The notes beneath the pieces are model-generated. The model was not told where the DNA came from. It saw nothing but the letters and a program-made list of their open reading frames with translations, and did not search any database. DNA of 64,000 bases from Nemertoderma westbladi (taxonomy: Eukaryota; Animalia; Xenacoelomorpha): the NCBI GenBank assembly GCA_032718475.1, contig JAUCBJ010008729.1:1-64000 (forward strand), written 5' to 3'. Both the position numbers and the translations under genes were made by a program. Shown here in pieces: positions 47,438-59,842 of this stretch; positions within the stretch are counted from its first letter, which is position 1; every line of letters starts with the position of its first letter.

Positions 47438-48789
47438 AGCTTGTGGGCTTCTATGGATGAGCCATCAGAGGAGAAAACAACTCCCCGGTACAAATATTGT
47501 GACACAACCTGGACAGGAGTGCGATTATAATACCATGTGTCATTTCACAAGGAGGAGGAGGAGGAGGTCATGTGTCATAAGGAGGAGACTCCCGCCTTTT
47601 TAAAAACAACCACTTTGGTTTTATCTAAGTTCAGTTTTAGTCCCCAAAATTCACAATAGTGCGATAAGACGTGCAATGACCTCTGTAACCCATCAGGCGT
47701 TTGTGACAAGAGCACAATATCATCGGCGTAGAGTAGCATGAACAGATGTAGGGAGCCAACGTCCAAGCTGTTGACCCCACATGTACTCATGTGGCTCTCT
47801 AGGTCATTTAGAAAAAGGGAGAATAGGAGACGGGAAAGGGATTCTCCCTGCAGTACACCCACTAAACAATCGAAGGATGAAGAATCATTTCCGCCCCATC
47901 GCACACAGGATCTCATTGACTTGTATATTTCACGGACAATTGTGAAAATTCTCCCTCAAAAACACATATTACTTAATTTTAACCATAAGGCTTGTCTATC
48001 GACACTATCAAAGGTCTTATGAAAGTCGGCGAAGCAGGCAAACCATTTCATTTTAGAATTTATAAGGTGGTTAAGTGTATGCAGAGTAAATATATGGACC
48101 ACCGTGCTAAACCCCTTTCTGAATCCTGCCTGGGCATCGCTTAAGAGTCCAGATATGTCTACCCACCAACTTAGTCGTGCGTTAATTAATGAGATAAAAA
48201 GTTTGCTAACTACACTTAAGAGACTGATATGATAACCCCTGTAGTTCCCCCCATCTGACTCGCAGCCCTTATTTTTGTAAATAAGACTAATAATAGCAAA
48301 TGACTATGCCAAATTAAACCAAATTAAACTCACTAAACTTATCCATCACCCTAAAATCAATCCTACACGGCCAGAAATGCAAGGACCTGATCGCATTAAT
48401 TAATGCAGTATCAAAATATATAACGGACACGAAACGATTTAGTTTCAGTTCAAATAATAATTAATAAACTGAATTTCAAATTAATATTTCTGATCAAATG
48501 AATTATATCTAATATACATACTGTGTAATACAGTATACAAATTTTTTGAAAGTAATTCTGCACCGCTCGGTGGCGCTGCAGATTTATGCTCATTTTTTAG
48601 GTTTGTCATAAATAGTATTAAATTTTATTAACAAAAAATATCGAAAAGTTGTCTGATACTTTTATGCAGGGTGGCTATGTAGACACCCACAGAAAGTTTC
48701 AGACTAATTACTCAAAAATTGTAGAAGTAGTCGGTTTTGGAGTTGACAACGAATCCGTACGATCCTTTATATATATCTGTATACTGTGT

Positions 48790-49650
48790 AAATCATGGGC
48801 ACTGGCTAAGGGCCCTGCCGGTATCATCCCTAGGCCTTCGCCTCAGTGATGAGCAGCTGCGGGTGGGAGCAGCTCTCCGCTTGGGTACACCTATTTGCGA
48901 GGAGCACTCCTGCAGGGGTTGCGGGTCGGAAGTCGACACGAGTGGAAGTCATGGCCTCAGCTGCTTACACAATTATGGGAAATACACCCGTCATGCAGAG
49001 GCCAATGACATCATTCACCGTGCCCTCTCATCAGCCGGCGTTGGTGATGATCCAGCCTCGAGGACTTTCACAAGACGGCAAGAAACCAGACGGTTTGACC
49101 TTTGCCCTTTGGTCCTCTGGCCGCCCACTCGTTTGGGACTTTACTTGCAGGGACACCCTCGCTCCTTCCTATCTACCCGAGACAAGTAAATCTGCAGGTG
49201 CAGCCGCTTTAATGGCAGAGACCAGTAAAGGAAATAAGTATGCTGCGCTCCAGCACCACCACTTATTCCGCACTATTGCCTTAGAGACCTTAAGCCCAAT
49301 CGGTGCAGAAGGCACCGCAGTACTGCGGGAGATAGGGCGGAGAATCGCCAAGGAAACAGGTAACAGGAACAAGGAAACCTACGTCCACGGAATTCCTCTT
49401 CCAGCGGCTCTCAATTGCAGTGGTCAGAGGAAATGCGACATCTGTCCTAGGTACCACCCCCCCACCAGGCGGGCCTTGATGAGGTATTCCTACTCTGAAT
49501 CCAGGAATAGCCTTACCCCCCGCGCCCCCCATCTGTTAGGATTTTACTCCAGCAATGTGTATTATATATTATGTATTTAATGTACTTTACTTTGTGTTAC
49601 GTATCATGTATTATGATTACAATCTGATGCACTAAAAAAGCAAAAAAAAA
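48790..49650 (+). mobile_element. 5'-truncated CRE-like non-LTR retrotransposon 3' end (CCHC + restriction-like endonuclease), poly(A) tail
   Basis: WL.ALP..LGLRL..CRGCG..HGLSC..RH..ND; KPDG..VWDFTC..AE.SK.NKY; QRLSIAV.RGNA; A-run to 49650; start approximate. Confidence 0.78.
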
Positions 49651-51449
49651 ATCACTTTTGGTTGGAACTGCGCTATCACTATGTACGTAGGCCCTACACT
49701 ACAGTATAACTATGCATAATTATTTGTTGTATTTCGTAGACTAGATTAGTAACTGGGTATTGTGGAATATAGCCTTCTCTTAGATTCGACTGTTAGGAGG
49801 GTGGGATATTCACCGGCGCGTAATAATATATTTATATTTAATATATTTATATTTAATATGTTATTGGTGGTGTATTATATTATTAATAATTAATTATTAT
49901 TAATTATATTATATGTAATTAGACAGTCCGCTCAGGATGCTTTTCCTCTTTTGAGGTTTCCTGTGCGAGTGCGTCTGTCTACCTCCTCTTCGGAAAACGC
50001 TTCCCTGAGAGTAAGTTTTCAAAAAATATCTTACCCGTCCAGATTAATAGTGTTAATTTGTGGTTGGGGTTGCCAACATCGACAAAATGAAAATCATCGG
50101 AAAAATCACTATTACGTTGGCCCAGATGGAGAAATTTTTTTTCAAGATCGTTTATTGAAATATGTTTAGTACAATCAGTACCCTGATTTGTCCCCCGACT
50201 TGCCTTAGACAGTAGTTTCCAAAACAATTTAGTTTCCTTTACACATTTCCTTTACACAGAGTACTCAGCAAGCTTTTTTGATTGAGAAACTTTGAATTCG
50301 CATTTGGCCCGCCGGATCGATCCAAGGTATGCACTGCGTGCTTTTGATAGTATTGAATGCGCTTCTGGTGATCGATTTCTATTCCAAAAGTTAAGTGCGT
50401 TACGAAAGGCCTGATTTTTAATTGAACAATCACTGTTATACCACGGGTAATTGCCAGCGCCTTGGCTATTTTTGGTTTAGTTTTTGAATTTGCGAAATAC
50501 CGATCACCAGTCTTTTCTAAGCATTCATTAAAACTGTCGACAGCAAAATGTCGATCTCTTCCTGGGACAAACTACCATCTCATAAATCGTCACTAATATG
50601 ATGTAATTTTGCCTAAATATGGAAGATAATATGTTATAATGTAGAAAGTTTCGAAATGCAACAGCTTTATGTTCCTTCCAATGAAATTTTTAGATTCTAC
50701 ACGTACAAAATTATCATCGGAATCAGTTACTTTTGGTTCAGAAGGGCAACTTTTACTTCCCTCTAATTGTTTGGTATAAAAAGAAAAAACCGCAGTCACG
50801 ACACGGTGTTTAGAAAATAGATTTTCTTTACCAACAGACAGATGAGTCATCTGTTTAAATAAGGTTGGACTAGCGAGGAAATAGTCAATGGTAGACTTCC
50901 CCAGGACCTTATTTTTACCAGTACAGTGGTAAGTACACTCGCCACCAGCGAGTCCATCAGTACCAACTCTACCATTATTGGCAATTTTAAGACCAGTATT
51001 TTTCCAAAACGTCAATAATTTCCAGCCGTAGCCGTTAATTTTTGTATGCTTGTTTTTCCTTAATGTTTCAATAGGAATATTGCCAGTAATATTTGGTAGT
51101 CCATAATCTGAGAAGTCGTCAGGAGAAAGTCTGTCTAGATGTTCGCATTGCCTGTCGTTTACAATAAAGTCTGGTTCAGTCCCAGTTCTAGAGTTGAAGT
51201 CGCTAAAAAGTAGCAATTCCCCTAATTTTTATCATATTTAATAAAACCTTCCTCCAGTTGGTCAAAGACAGAAACCGGGTTGTATATAGTTGCTGTCGAT
51301 CCTTCTGGCGGTAGATAAACCAGGCCAAATACCATATCTGTAATAAAAGCGATTTTTTTTGCCTCAAAATGCACCCAAAGTATATCTGTATTACTTCTAC
51401 ACAAAACATGAACTGCCCCTTCATATTTTGATTTATAAAATTGCGTAAT

Positions 51450-52074
51450 AATAATAATTAGCGTTTAATTATCCAACGGATAAGAGAGATATGAAAATAT
51501 ACACCTTTGTAACGGTAAATAAAATAAAATATAGAATACGTAATAAAATATATATCATATATAATTATAAATTATTTAAATAAAAAGCTAAATGGAGTGG
51601 ATGTTGATGCTCACTAAAATGGGCGCAACCAGGGGCGTGGGAGATGTCAGTGGCGGTGGAGTTACAATATTTACAAAGGCAGTTATCTGTGGGTCTCCAG
51701 CAATTCGACTTGGTGCACAGCTTGTGGTGGTAACCATTCGAGAGAAACTGAGATGCGACTCTGCGTCGATTGCCGGCAAGATATTTAACATTTATCAGGG
51801 CTGAATCAGGGTAATCTATCGCGTTAAATACATTGGTTGTGGACGCATATTTTGCAATGCCGCACCATAATTTAAATAAAAAGCCCCGAACTTTTCTTAC
51901 GTGGGTGGGTTCGTTCGCCTTGATTCCTGTCTCGGAATATATTGCACCTGTAAGTGGTTGCGGGGAAAACCACTAATGACCATAGCTCCTGTGCTGATTC
52001 CAGAGAGATAGCTCCCATGTTGACCGTGAAAGCAAGACGCATGCAGGATGATATCCCACGCCGATATAAGTTGC
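51450..52074 (-). mobile_element. Short 5'-truncated LINE 3' end with (ATT)n tail
   Basis: 15-bp TSD ATAAAATTGCGTAAT (51435-51449, 52075-52089) duplicating host-LINE coding sequence; hand translation GYHHKLC..C..CLCKYC..H..C. Confidence 0.75.
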
Positions 52075-52345
52075 ATAAAATTGCGTAATTCCACCACTGT
52101 ATCGTTTAGCATTTTTATTTATTATTTTCCTGCTATTTGATACACTTGAGTAATTAGCAATGTCAATATCGAGTTCAGAAAGTGGACTGAAAACAGAAAA
52201 AAATCGTATGCAGAAATTAGGCTAGTAAAATCTGGTTCGCAAATATTATTCACAATACCATCTGCATTAAAATTCCAAAACTTGAGATTTGTTTTCAGTT
52301 CACGCCCAGATGGAGCATCCGGTCGCCCAGATGGAGCACCCGGTT

Positions 52346-52717
52346 TAGCAACACCATATTGGGATGTAGCAATACCATACTGTGATGTCTGGATGTAGTA
52401 ACACCGTATTGTTAGCAACACCATATTGGTATGTAGCAACACCATATTGGGATATAGCAACACCATACTGTGTAGTAACACCATATTAGGATGTAGCAAC
52501 ACCATACTGTGATGTAGTAACACCATATTGATAGCAACACCATATTGGGATCTAGCAACACCATATTGGGATGTAGCAACACCATATTGGGATGTAGTAA
52601 CAACATATTGGGATATAGCAACACCATATTGGGATGTAGAGACACCATATTGGGATGTAGCAACACCATATTGGAACGTATTAATACCATATTGGGACTT
52701 ACAACACCATATTGGGA
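52346..52717. repeat. 21-bp minisatellite GCAACACCATATTGGGATGTA, about 18 degenerate copies
   Basis: Read directly. Confidence 0.95.
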
Positions 52718-52892
52718 AACAAAAACATATTCGCAAAGCCGGACCTTTCATAATATTAAACATTGTGAAAGTCCTAAGTAAAAATTACACTTTTTCAAAA
52801 AATGTTGTTTAGTTGTAATTTATGAGTCTGAACCCAGCAACCAGTTTGTGTTTGTTAATCGGTAAACATTATTGATTTTCTCTCTTTATTAG

Positions 52893-53648
52893 GACTGGCG
52901 TACGAAGTAGACGAGGACTGGGCCTCCAAGAAGAACCACCAACTGCGGGTAACAGCCTTGAGGGATGGGCGTTCCAACACCGGTTCCGAAACCCACCAAT
53001 CACAGACCAACACGGATGGCCAACTCAGCCAATCACAGGCGAGCATCGGGGGTGGAGCGCTCAGCGATATTCAGATGTCGCCCAATCGGGAGCTGCTACC
53101 TGCCGGAGCCGAGACGGATACGGTCATAAGTGGCGCGCCATCAGACTCAGCCAGAAGTGGCGCGCCATTCGTTGGATTCGGGGCCAGACCCTTCGAGTTC
53201 GACCCGAGCGACGCACAATCCACCGACGGAACTGAATCCGTCGGATTCCGCACGGACCCGGTTTGGTTCCCAATCGGCTACCACATGCCTCACAGTCTCA
53301 AGGGCCAACATATGGTAAAGGGCCCCTTCAGCCCATTGGAGGTTGGATTTAGCGGCCTGACCAGCGCCGCCAAGATGAAACACGCGCACATCGACCGGGA
53401 CAGCGTCAACTGCGTGTTCCTGGACGACGCGCCCCACGTGAAGCACACCCAGCTGATGGTGGCTCAGACGGTCGCTATCAACGCTGTCGGAACTCGGATA
53501 TCCTGTCGACAGACCACGGTGTTGCCACGGATACCGGGGTTGCCATGGATCGTCGCGATGGCTTTCTCGCCTGTCGTCGAGTTGCGTTGTGACGAGCGAT
53601 TCAGTCGGATTACCGGGGCGCTGTGTGGTCTGGGAGCTGATGACCGCG
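52893..53648 (+). CDS. TDRD9: Coding exon of TDRD9/spindle-E C-terminal region
   Basis: Acceptor tctctttattAG, donor GTTAGT; LAYEVDEDWASKKNH...KGPFSPLE..IDRDSVN..LMVA..TTVLPRIPGLP..FSPVVELR..TGALCGLG matches the recalled TDRD9/Spn-E signature. Confidence 0.9.
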
Positions 53649-53669
53649 GTTAGTTCATTGTATCAAAAG

Positions 53670-54118
53670 CAACCCCCAACCCTCCAACCCTCTACCCACC
53701 CTCCACCCCGCCCCATCCCACTCAGCCTCCACCCCCCTCCATCCCACCCCAACCCACTGAGCCTCCACCCCCCTCCATCCCACCCTAACCCACTCATGTC
53801 CCACCCCCCTCCATACCCCCCCCCCCAACTCCCACCAACCCACTCAGCCTCTACCCCCTCCACCCCACCCCAACGCACTCAGCCTCTACCCCCCCCCCCC
53901 CCCATCCCACCCCAACCCACTGAGCCTCCACCCCCCCCCCCCTCCACCCCACCCCAACGCAACCCCAACGCACTCAGCCTCTACCCCCCCCCCCCCCCCC
54001 ACCCAACCCCAACCCACTCAGCCTCCACCCCCCTCCATCCCATCCCAACCCACTCAGCCTCCACCCCCCTCCATCCCTCCCCAACCCACTGAGCCTCCAC
54101 CCCCCTCCCCCCACCAAC
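53670..54118. repeat. C-rich intronic minisatellite of about 36 bp (CCCACTCAGCCTCCACCCCCCTCCATCCCACCCCAA)
   Basis: Read directly; fills most of the 546-bp intron. Confidence 0.9.
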
Positions 54119-54194
54119 CTATGAAACCCAAAGTTTAATTAGTATCTCGATATTATTAAATTAGTTGCTTATTCTTTCTTTATTGCCTCTCTAG

Positions 54195-54372
54195 GAGTTC
54201 CAATATACGCAGACCACGATATGGAACTGAGCTTCGACACTGAGATTGACTCGATCAGCGACATTCTGGAACTCAACAGTATCCGCATGTGCGTGAATCT
54301 GGCGCTAGGGGGAGACCAGCGTGTTTATGTTGGACATACAATGTTAGAACTCCAAAAGAAAGCCCGACAAAA
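54195..54372 (+). CDS. TDRD9: Coding exon of TDRD9/spindle-E
   Basis: Acceptor cctctctAG, donor GTAAGT; phase matches; GVPIYADHDMELSFDTEI..DILELNSIR..LQKKARQK resembles TDRD9 PEHDMELAFDV..LQ..ARQK. Not in the ORF track. Confidence 0.88.
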
Positions 54373-55106
54373 GTAAGTTTCATTAATCATTAAATCTTAA
54401 TATACGGCGAAATCTAATGGACTAATTGTTTTTAATAATAATTTAATTTCACACTGTAAACTATGTAAAGTAGCATTTTACAGTATTACCGGTATACCAG
54501 TATTAGTAGACCGAGTGTTTGTTAGACGGACGTAATGAAATTCAAACCAGAAGAATCAGATAACGGTGAAATAAATACTTTACAACGAGTTTGAATTATA
54601 TTATCATTTAATCCGGGGGCTATAAAAACTTAATTAAAATATAGAAATTACAGGAATGAATGAGTAAATTTATGCAGCGGTATGTAAATGTAAGTAGAAC
54701 TGCGGAGAGCAAAATGATGTATTATATTAAATATGAATTAGACATTTCCTATGGATACACGGATGTTTCATCCAAACTACTTATTCTAGAAATCAAACTA
54801 GCAATTGAGCGATGTCGAATGTGCAGAAAGATTGGTATGTTTAATCTCGCAGAAACCAAAGTTTCTACAGGTTTATATTATACAGGGCAGATGTTTCTAC
54901 ATCGGTCGCAGTCGCACACGGAAGATTAAATATAATAAAATATAAATAATACATTAAATAATATTATAATAATATTTAATATTTATACCGCGTCTTTTAC
55001 GTACTGTTCAAAGGCGCAATACGTTAGTAAAATAAAACTATACAGATATCATCACTCAAATAAAACAGACTAAAACAAAACAATACTAATATATTAATTG
55101 AAGGGC

Positions 55107-56556
55107 GGAGTTAATTGACCGGAGTGCTAAACAGGCCAGTATTAAATGTTTGCAACCGGATGTTAAAAGGGGAAAAGCCACCACCAATTTGCACTAAAGG
55201 TCAACTAAAGCCTCTCCCCAAGAAAGGAGACCTCGGCATACCAACAAACTATCGTGGGATCTGTCTGCTTGTGGTAGCTGCCAAAATATACAATAAAATG
55301 ATTCTATATAGGATTAGGCCTCACATAGAGAAACTACTGCGTAAGAGCCAAAACGGATTTCGACCAAGTAGATCAACAATAGCTCAGATACTTGCACTAC
55401 GGAGACTGAGTTAAGACTGGAATTAATGACTGGAATTAAGTCAAAGAATCTCCCCGCTGTCATGACTTTTGTGGACTTCAAGAAGGCATTCGACTCCATC
55501 CATAGAGGTAAAATGCTTGAAATCCTAAGAGCTTATGGAATACCAGAAGTAATTGTTGCTGGCATTGGATTGTTATATTGTGACACAGAAGCGCAGGTAC
55601 TCTCACCAGATGGTGAAACTGAGTTTTTCTCAATCCTGGCTGGCGTACTGCAAGGTGACACATTAGCACCATTACTATTTGTAATTGTGCTGAATTACGC
55701 AATGAGGACGGCCACAAAGGGTGAAGATCTGGGATTCACACTTCAAGAACGCAGAAGTAGTAGATATCCGGCAACTACAGTCACAGACACCGACTTTGCG
55801 GATGACATCGCCCTGCTCTCTAATACGCTAGCAGATGCACAGCTTCTACTAAATAAAATGGAGAGGGCTGCTAAGGAGGTTGGATTGCACATAAATGCTA
55901 CAAAGACAGAATTCATGACATGTAATGTTGATGGAAACTTGACAACTATTGATAATAATCAACTAAGGAAGGTCGATGACTTCCAGTACCTTGGATCATG
56001 GATAGAGAGTAGCAAAAAGGACATAGAAGTTAGGAAAGCAAAGGCTTGGGCAGCTCTATCAAAAATAGATACCATCTGGAAATCAGATCTCTCCAGGCAC
56101 CTGAAGACTAAGTTCTTTCGAGCCACAGTGGAAAGTGTATTTTTATACGGGGGTGAGACCTGGACACTGACTAAATCACTTGAACAACGAATTGATGGTT
56201 GCTACACAAGACTACTAAGGGCAGCCCTAAACATCATCTGGAGACAACACATGACAAATGCCGAGCTTTATGGTACAATACCACCTGTATCAACCACCCT
56301 CCGTGAACGCAGATTAAGATTCAGTGGGCGCTGCTGGCGAAGTAAAGACGAGGTCATACCAGATCTACTTTTCTGGCAACCAACTCATGGAAAGCGTAGT
56401 CGTGGACGACCGGCCATAACATATATAGATCAACTTGAAAGGGATACTGAACTTGGGAGAAACGAAATTGCGACAACTATGGAGAATCGGGAAGCCTGGA
56501 AGGATCTCATTTCCGCTGTCCGAGTTCGCTCGACCTAGTAGTAGTAGTAGTAGTAG
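55107..56556 (+). mobile_element. 5'-truncated RTE-clade LINE with (TAG)7 tail
   Basis: NYRGI, VDFKKAFDS, GVLQGDTLAP, FADD, YLGS; 12-bp TSD TAATTGAAGGGC (55095-55106, 56557-56568). Confidence 0.92.
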
Positions 56557-56699
56557 TAATTGAAGGGCTGTGCATAAAAAGCACACTTTTGCGGTTTTTT
56601 TTACCTACACATTACAGTTGATATTGGCATTATGTATTTTTGCATGCAAGTACATAGAGATGTACCTCAAAATATTTACTTTCAAAAATATTTTTTTTT

Positions 56700-57186
56700 C
56701 ATCTTTAAGAGATGCGAAGACTTCCATGACTTTATATCACGAAGATATCCAGTGGTTACTGCTAGCGCATTAGACACATCTGAAGGCTTGAAAGCGATAT
56801 ACAATTATTGAGTGTCATCAGTAATCAGCATTTATATAATATTGTAAGATAACCCATGTTCTTTAACATTGCTAAGTGAGCGCATATAAATGGTAAATAG
56901 CAAGTGACCTAACACGGATCCTTGGGGAACCCCAAAATGTAGCGATTTCTTACTTGAGTATGAATTTCCAATCCTCCCGGACTGACACTTGTCAGTAAGA
57001 TGTGAACGGAACCATTTTAATGCCTCACCGGTAACCAAAATATCTTTCTCTAATATATTGAGAAGAATCGAATGTTCAACCGTATCAAAGGCCGCACTAA
57101 GATGTACCAGGACAAGAATAACTCTAGATCCATCATCGATTCGTTCCAGAATATCATTATTAACTCTCAATAAGGCAGTTTCACTC
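56700..57186 (-). mobile_element. Degraded L2/CR1-group LINE RT fragment
   Basis: ETALLRVNND..LSAAFDTVEH..GVPQGSVLG..DDTQ. Confidence 0.75.
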
Positions 57187-57959
57187 GTTCCAGAATATCA
57201 TTGTTAACTCTCAATAAGGCAGTTTCATTCGTTCCAGAATATCATTGTTAACTCTCAATAAGGCAGTTTCACTCGTTCCAGAATATCATTGTTAACTCTC
57301 AATAAGGCAGTTTCATTCGTTCCAGAATATCATTGTTAACTCTCAATAAGGCAGTTTCATTCGTTCCAGAATATCATTGTTAACTCTCAATAAGGCAGTT
57401 TCATTCGTTCCAGAATATCATTGTTAACTCTCAATAAGGCAGTTTCATTCGTTCCAGAATATCATTGTTAACTCTCAATAAGGCAGTTTCATTCGTTCCG
57501 GAATATCATTGTTAACTCTCAATAAGGCAGTTTCATTCGTTCCAGAATATCATTGTTAACTCTCAATAAGGCAGTTTCATTAGTTCCAGAATATCATTGT
57601 TAACTCTCGATAAGGCAGTTTCATTCGTTCCAGAATATCATTGTTAACTCTCAATAAGGCAGTTTCATTCGTTCCAGAATATCATTGTTAACTCTCAATA
57701 AGGCAGTTTCATTCGTTCCAGAATATCATTGTTAACTCTCAATAAGGCAGTTTCATTCGTTCCAGAATATCATTGTTAACTCTCAATAAGGCAGTTTCAC
57801 TCGTTCCAGAATATCATTGTTAACTCTCAATAAGGCAGTTTCACTCGTTCCAGAATATCATTGTTAACTCTCAATAAGGCAGTTTCACTCGTTCCAGAAT
57901 ATCATTGTTAACTCTCAATAAGGCAGTTTCACTCGTTCCAGAATATCATTGTTAACTCT
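57143..57959. repeat. 44-bp tandem array, about 18.5 near-perfect copies
   Basis: Unit GTTCCAGAATATCATTGTTAACTCTCAATAAGGCAGTTTCAYTC. Confidence 0.97.
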
Positions 57960-59170
57960 TGTTGCGTTCTGTGCTCAAAAAACACTGAACAACGAAATGT
58001 AAGCCGACTACTGATTCGAATTGACTCAGATAGATTGCTTACTAATATCCTACAGCGTTTGAATAAACCACCCGTTCCAAGGCAAAACTAATATTTCTGA
58101 AATGTTCTAAATGTTGCTGCTAATTAAGGCAAAAAGGTGATACCCACATTTAAATATCACATGACTGAGTCAAGCTAAATTTGCTATATTGTAATCTAGA
58201 TTTAGCGTGTACTTTCAACATAATATAGGACTAATTTTGTAATAAATATAAATTGAAATCTAACAGCCGTGCTCCGTTAATTATCGGCTATAAGCCGCTT
58301 TTACGCAGGTCCCATTTCCAAATAATGTCATTTTGGCTTCTCCAAAACTGTAATACTTCCAATGAACCAACCAAAAGGGAGAGTCTGTCTATTATGGATG
58401 ATCAAATAGCTAACCAGCCCACCTTGTAACAGTGAATGATCCCTAAAATCGAAAGTCGGCCTAGTGATAGAAATATATATAATCAGAATTGTTAGTCCCC
58501 CAAATAATCTCAAATGAAATGTAGAATCGAAGCACCTATTTTTTACTGTCGATTCCCCTCCCAAAACTAGGAATGGTTGGAAATGGGCTGGGCTGGTCAA
58601 TAATCTAATGCGGTAATACGACCTTTAATCCAAAATGTACTAATTAAATCAAAAAAATCCTAGGGCCTACTTATTCAGCATATAACCGTCTCAGCCGTCG
58701 AAGGAATATTTCTGTATTGCACCCCACCCCCCTGCCCCAAATGAACCCCAGTGTTCCTCGCTTAATTTTGAACCCCTTCCAGTGTAGTGTTGCAGGCCTA
58801 CCGATGGGCGATAGGCTATACTTCCCTGTTCATTATACCGGTATACTGGCCGGATTTTGCTTCATCTCATACCCTCTCGCCTGTGGAATCGCCGGCAGAT
58901 CGCTCCCGGTAAAACTACTCCATTATCCTGTATGTTATTTCCATAGGCCTACTGCCATGTGCCATATGTTGAAAATTGTCCGTTTTCAGATTGTAGACGG
59001 ACAATTTAATTGAATCAGTCAATAACAGATTTAGGATTTACGGCATTTCATATTTAACTTGAAATCACAATGTCAAAGAACAAACAACAGGTATAATTCA
59101 GTACCAGTAATTATAATTATGACCAAATGACAAATTGTTGTTGTTGTGCAGTTTTCCAGTACTGCAGTTA

Positions 59171-59291
59171 GCAGTCTGCTTAAGTATCGTGCAGTCCTGC
59201 AGTCGGCAGTCTGCTTAAGTATCGTGCAGTCCTGCAGTCGGCAGTCTGCTTAAGTATCGTGCAGTCCTGCAGTCGGCAGTCTGCTTAAGTA
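59171..59291. repeat. 35-bp tandem repeat, about 3.5 copies, in putative U3
   Basis: GCAGTCTGCTTAAGTATCGTGCAGTCCTGCAGTCG. Confidence 0.9.
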
Positions 59292-59762
59292 CGAAAAACA
59301 CAATAGAGAATTCTTAATAATTAAAACTGACCAATGACTGAATGACAAAGTGACATGTCCCTTTTTAAAAAAATGTTGGGCGCGAAATTCAAACTTTCTA
59401 TAATTTAGTATACTGTATAGAATTATTTACTATATTTAATACCAGTTTGTAATGGGGAAACTTAATTGATAATGCAATTTCATCAAAAACAGTATACCGC
59501 CCCAAAGATAAAGTGAAACGGCATCTTTATCGACCGCGCATAAACGTCAATTAATATATCTAAATAGAATAACGAACAATAACGAAATATTTAAAAAATT
59601 AATTCCTTATATCCAAATATATCTTATACACAAATAAAGTAACTAAACTAAACTGCATTCATTCATATAAACTAAAATAATTACAATCTTTCTTTACTAA
59701 AATAAACTACTATATTGCATATTTAATATTTGCACTTTTTAATCATTGCGAAAAATATATAA

Positions 59763-59842
59763 TCTCTGAATCAGATTTGAACACGGGAAGTATAGTTTCT
59801 TTACAAACATTTCCGGCGCTCTACAAACTGAGCTACTCTCGC
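59763..59842 (-). other. tRNA-derived sequence (Pol III A/B-box-like), not a functional tRNA
   Basis: - strand TAGCTCAGTTTGTAGAGCG (D-arm GCTC/GAGC) and GTTCAAATC; acceptor, anticodon and T stems do not pair. Confidence 0.5.

Larger units (their letters stand above)
47575..52300 (-). mobile_element. Old, fragmented LINE related to LINE A (APE + RT), interrupted by younger insertions
   Basis: WNFNADG..(about 52270), RYSGGITQFY, YLPPEGS, SDFNSRTG, KSTIDY (50593-51404); RT GVLQGESLS..LLYADD (47575-47916); many stops. Confidence 0.72.

Noticed and set aside
48540-48785. Possible Helitron/Helentron-like non-autonomous element (hairpin, CTTTATATATAT end)
   Set aside because: Boundaries and termini could not be established from one copy.
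52122-52812. Repetitive ORFs (TSQYGVA / ATPYWDV)
   Set aside because: Open frames of the 21-bp minisatellite.
53589-54092. Proline-rich ORF
   Set aside because: Lies in a GT-AG intron and is a C-rich repeat.
57143-57959. Possible CRISPR array
   Set aside because: Head-to-tail units with no spacers; derived from LINE RT sequence.
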